From assembly GCF_018350175.1 (NCBI RefSeq), contig NC_058382.1, positions 52,516,001 to 52,580,000 of the forward strand: a stretch of DNA of 64,000 nt. The letters are read 5' to 3'. Positions 62,426-64,000 of this stretch are shown piece by piece (position 1 is the first letter of the stretch; every line of letters starts with the position of its first letter). Origin of the DNA: Felis catus (lineage: Eukaryota). Under the pieces are notes generated by a model. The model was given only the letters and a program-made list of their open reading frames with translations. It searched no databases and was not told where the DNA came from. Position numbers and translations under genes: made by a program.

Positions 62426-63553
62426 ATGCTTTAATCAATATTCTCAGGTAATTAATTTTTTTTATCAGAAATTAAACCTTTATACTTAATTAACCACCTG
62501 GATATGGTATGGGCATATCTGACTCTAAGGAACTTTGACTCCAATCCTTTAGTTAATTTAAATAACATAGAAGTAGATCAATGGAAATTAGTTTAGATAC
62601 TCCTGAGCTGGCCTATTTCCCTATGGCTTTTGAGTCTATGGCAGGTAGAAGTAATTGTTTCTGTAATTCTTAGCAAAAGCTTAGGAGGAGTTGCCTCCAT
62701 TGGGTTTGACCCCCTCCCTTCTTGAGACGTAGCCTGATGTTTTAGAAAGAATAAAGAGACAGCATTTATTTTGTGTTGTTACAGACTTGAATGGATGGCT
62801 ATTTGTCACTTCCCATCTTTTCTTGCTAGATTTTTCTGGACTCCTTCCTTGACCCGCTCATCCCGTCCTCTTTTCTATAGTTTTCACATTTAATCCTGTA
62901 AAACAGTGTTTCCCAAGCTTGATTTTTATACCACCTTCACCATGATTGGCCTCTTTGCTCGTCTGTCATATTATTTGGTTTTAATTTATCTTTATAAATA
63001 CTTGGATAATTATGTGAAGCTCTTTATAAGGAAAGTTTTATATTCCTGACATAAATGGAAGAGCGGTCTCATTTGTCATAAATACAAAATATTCATAAAA
63101 ATAAATATAAAGGGAAAAAAACCAGTGGTATTCAATTCTGGTTAGCTACTTATGATCGCCAGGGAGTCTGAAATTGAAGTGTTAGGCGTTAAAGACGCAC
63201 CCAAGCAAGATTCTTTTTGTTTCTTATGGTAAGTACAAGGATTGTGAGAGAATTGAAAAGGGTGTTTTTTTCCTTCTTCTTGTATGTCTCGGGAGTACAG
63301 TCTCGGGAGTCTCAAATTTGCCTTCAATATCTGTATGTCACTTTTGCCCAGAACGCCTTTCCCATAATATTCCTAATCAGAATTTCATAAATATTTGTTG
63401 TGTTAATGAACCTATTTGTCTTTTGCATTCCTAGAGGGCTTTTGGCTGACATTTCTAGCCAACGTAGCCACCCCCATACCTATTTCGGAAGTACGTGAGG
63501 TCCTTGAGCTAGCCGAGATTGAGGGCAGGGCTGGTTTATGTGTAACTTAAGGC

Positions 63554-64000
63554 TGTGATGATTAATTTTATACGTCAGTTAGACTGAGCGTGGGGTACTC
63601 GGCTATTTGGCCAAACAGTATTCTGGGTGTGTCTGTGAGGGTGTTTGGGGATGAGATTAACATTTGGATTTGTGGACCGAGTAAATTAGATTGCCCTCTC
63701 TAAAGTGAGTGGGCCTCGTCTAATCAGTTGAGGGCCTGCCTAGAGCAAAATGCTGACTCTCTCAGGAGTAAGGGAGAGAGAACTCCTGCTGCCAGAGTTC
63801 CTCGAGCTGGGCATTGGTGTTTTTGCTGCCTCTGGCCTCAGACTGTGGCCTCAGCCCTTCTCGGGTCTCCAAGCTGCCAGCTTCAAGACTGGGGATTTAC
63901 ACCCTTGGCTGTCCAGCTGGCCAACTAAAGATCTGGGGCCCTCTCAGCCTCCGTAATCACATGTGCCAATTTCTTACAGTTAATATCTCCTGTAGGTTCT
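63554..64000 (+). mobile_element. MLT2 (ERVL) LTR, running to the window end
   Basis: 'tgtgatgattaattttatacgtca...ctgggtgtgtctgtgagggtgttt...gatgagattaacattt...ctcagcctccgtaatcacatg'. Confidence 0.92.

Overview
Mammalian genomic DNA, very likely from a cat-family (Felidae) carnivore: it carries about a dozen tRNA-derived Can-SINEs, several of the young feline type with intact target-site duplications (TSDs), and a feline-type L1 3' end. I found no recognisable protein-coding exon, RNA gene or CRISPR array. The window looks like a large intron or gene desert. It is a mosaic of old eutherian repeats (MIR, L2, L1M, MER20, MER5A, MER3, MER53, MER58A, Charlie1, MLT1/MLT2 and MER31 LTRs, one CR1/L3 relic) and microsatellites. 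Between them lie several repeat-free AT-rich blocks dense in homeodomain, PBX-HOX, MEIS and FOX motifs that resemble conserved developmental enhancers. The best oddities are: a tiny 5'-inverted (twin-primed) L1 whose tail became a microsatellite; a palindromic MER53 split by a symmetric (TG)/(AT)/(CA) tract; an unusually long 391-codon repeat-spanning ORF with a hydrophobic segment; a well-preserved CR1 ORF2 tail; a tail-to-tail L2 hairpin; and a 68-bp higher-order minisatellite. I cannot support a new biological system from this sequence. Repeat family names come from my recall of consensus sequences, not a database search, and boundaries of old repeats are approximate.
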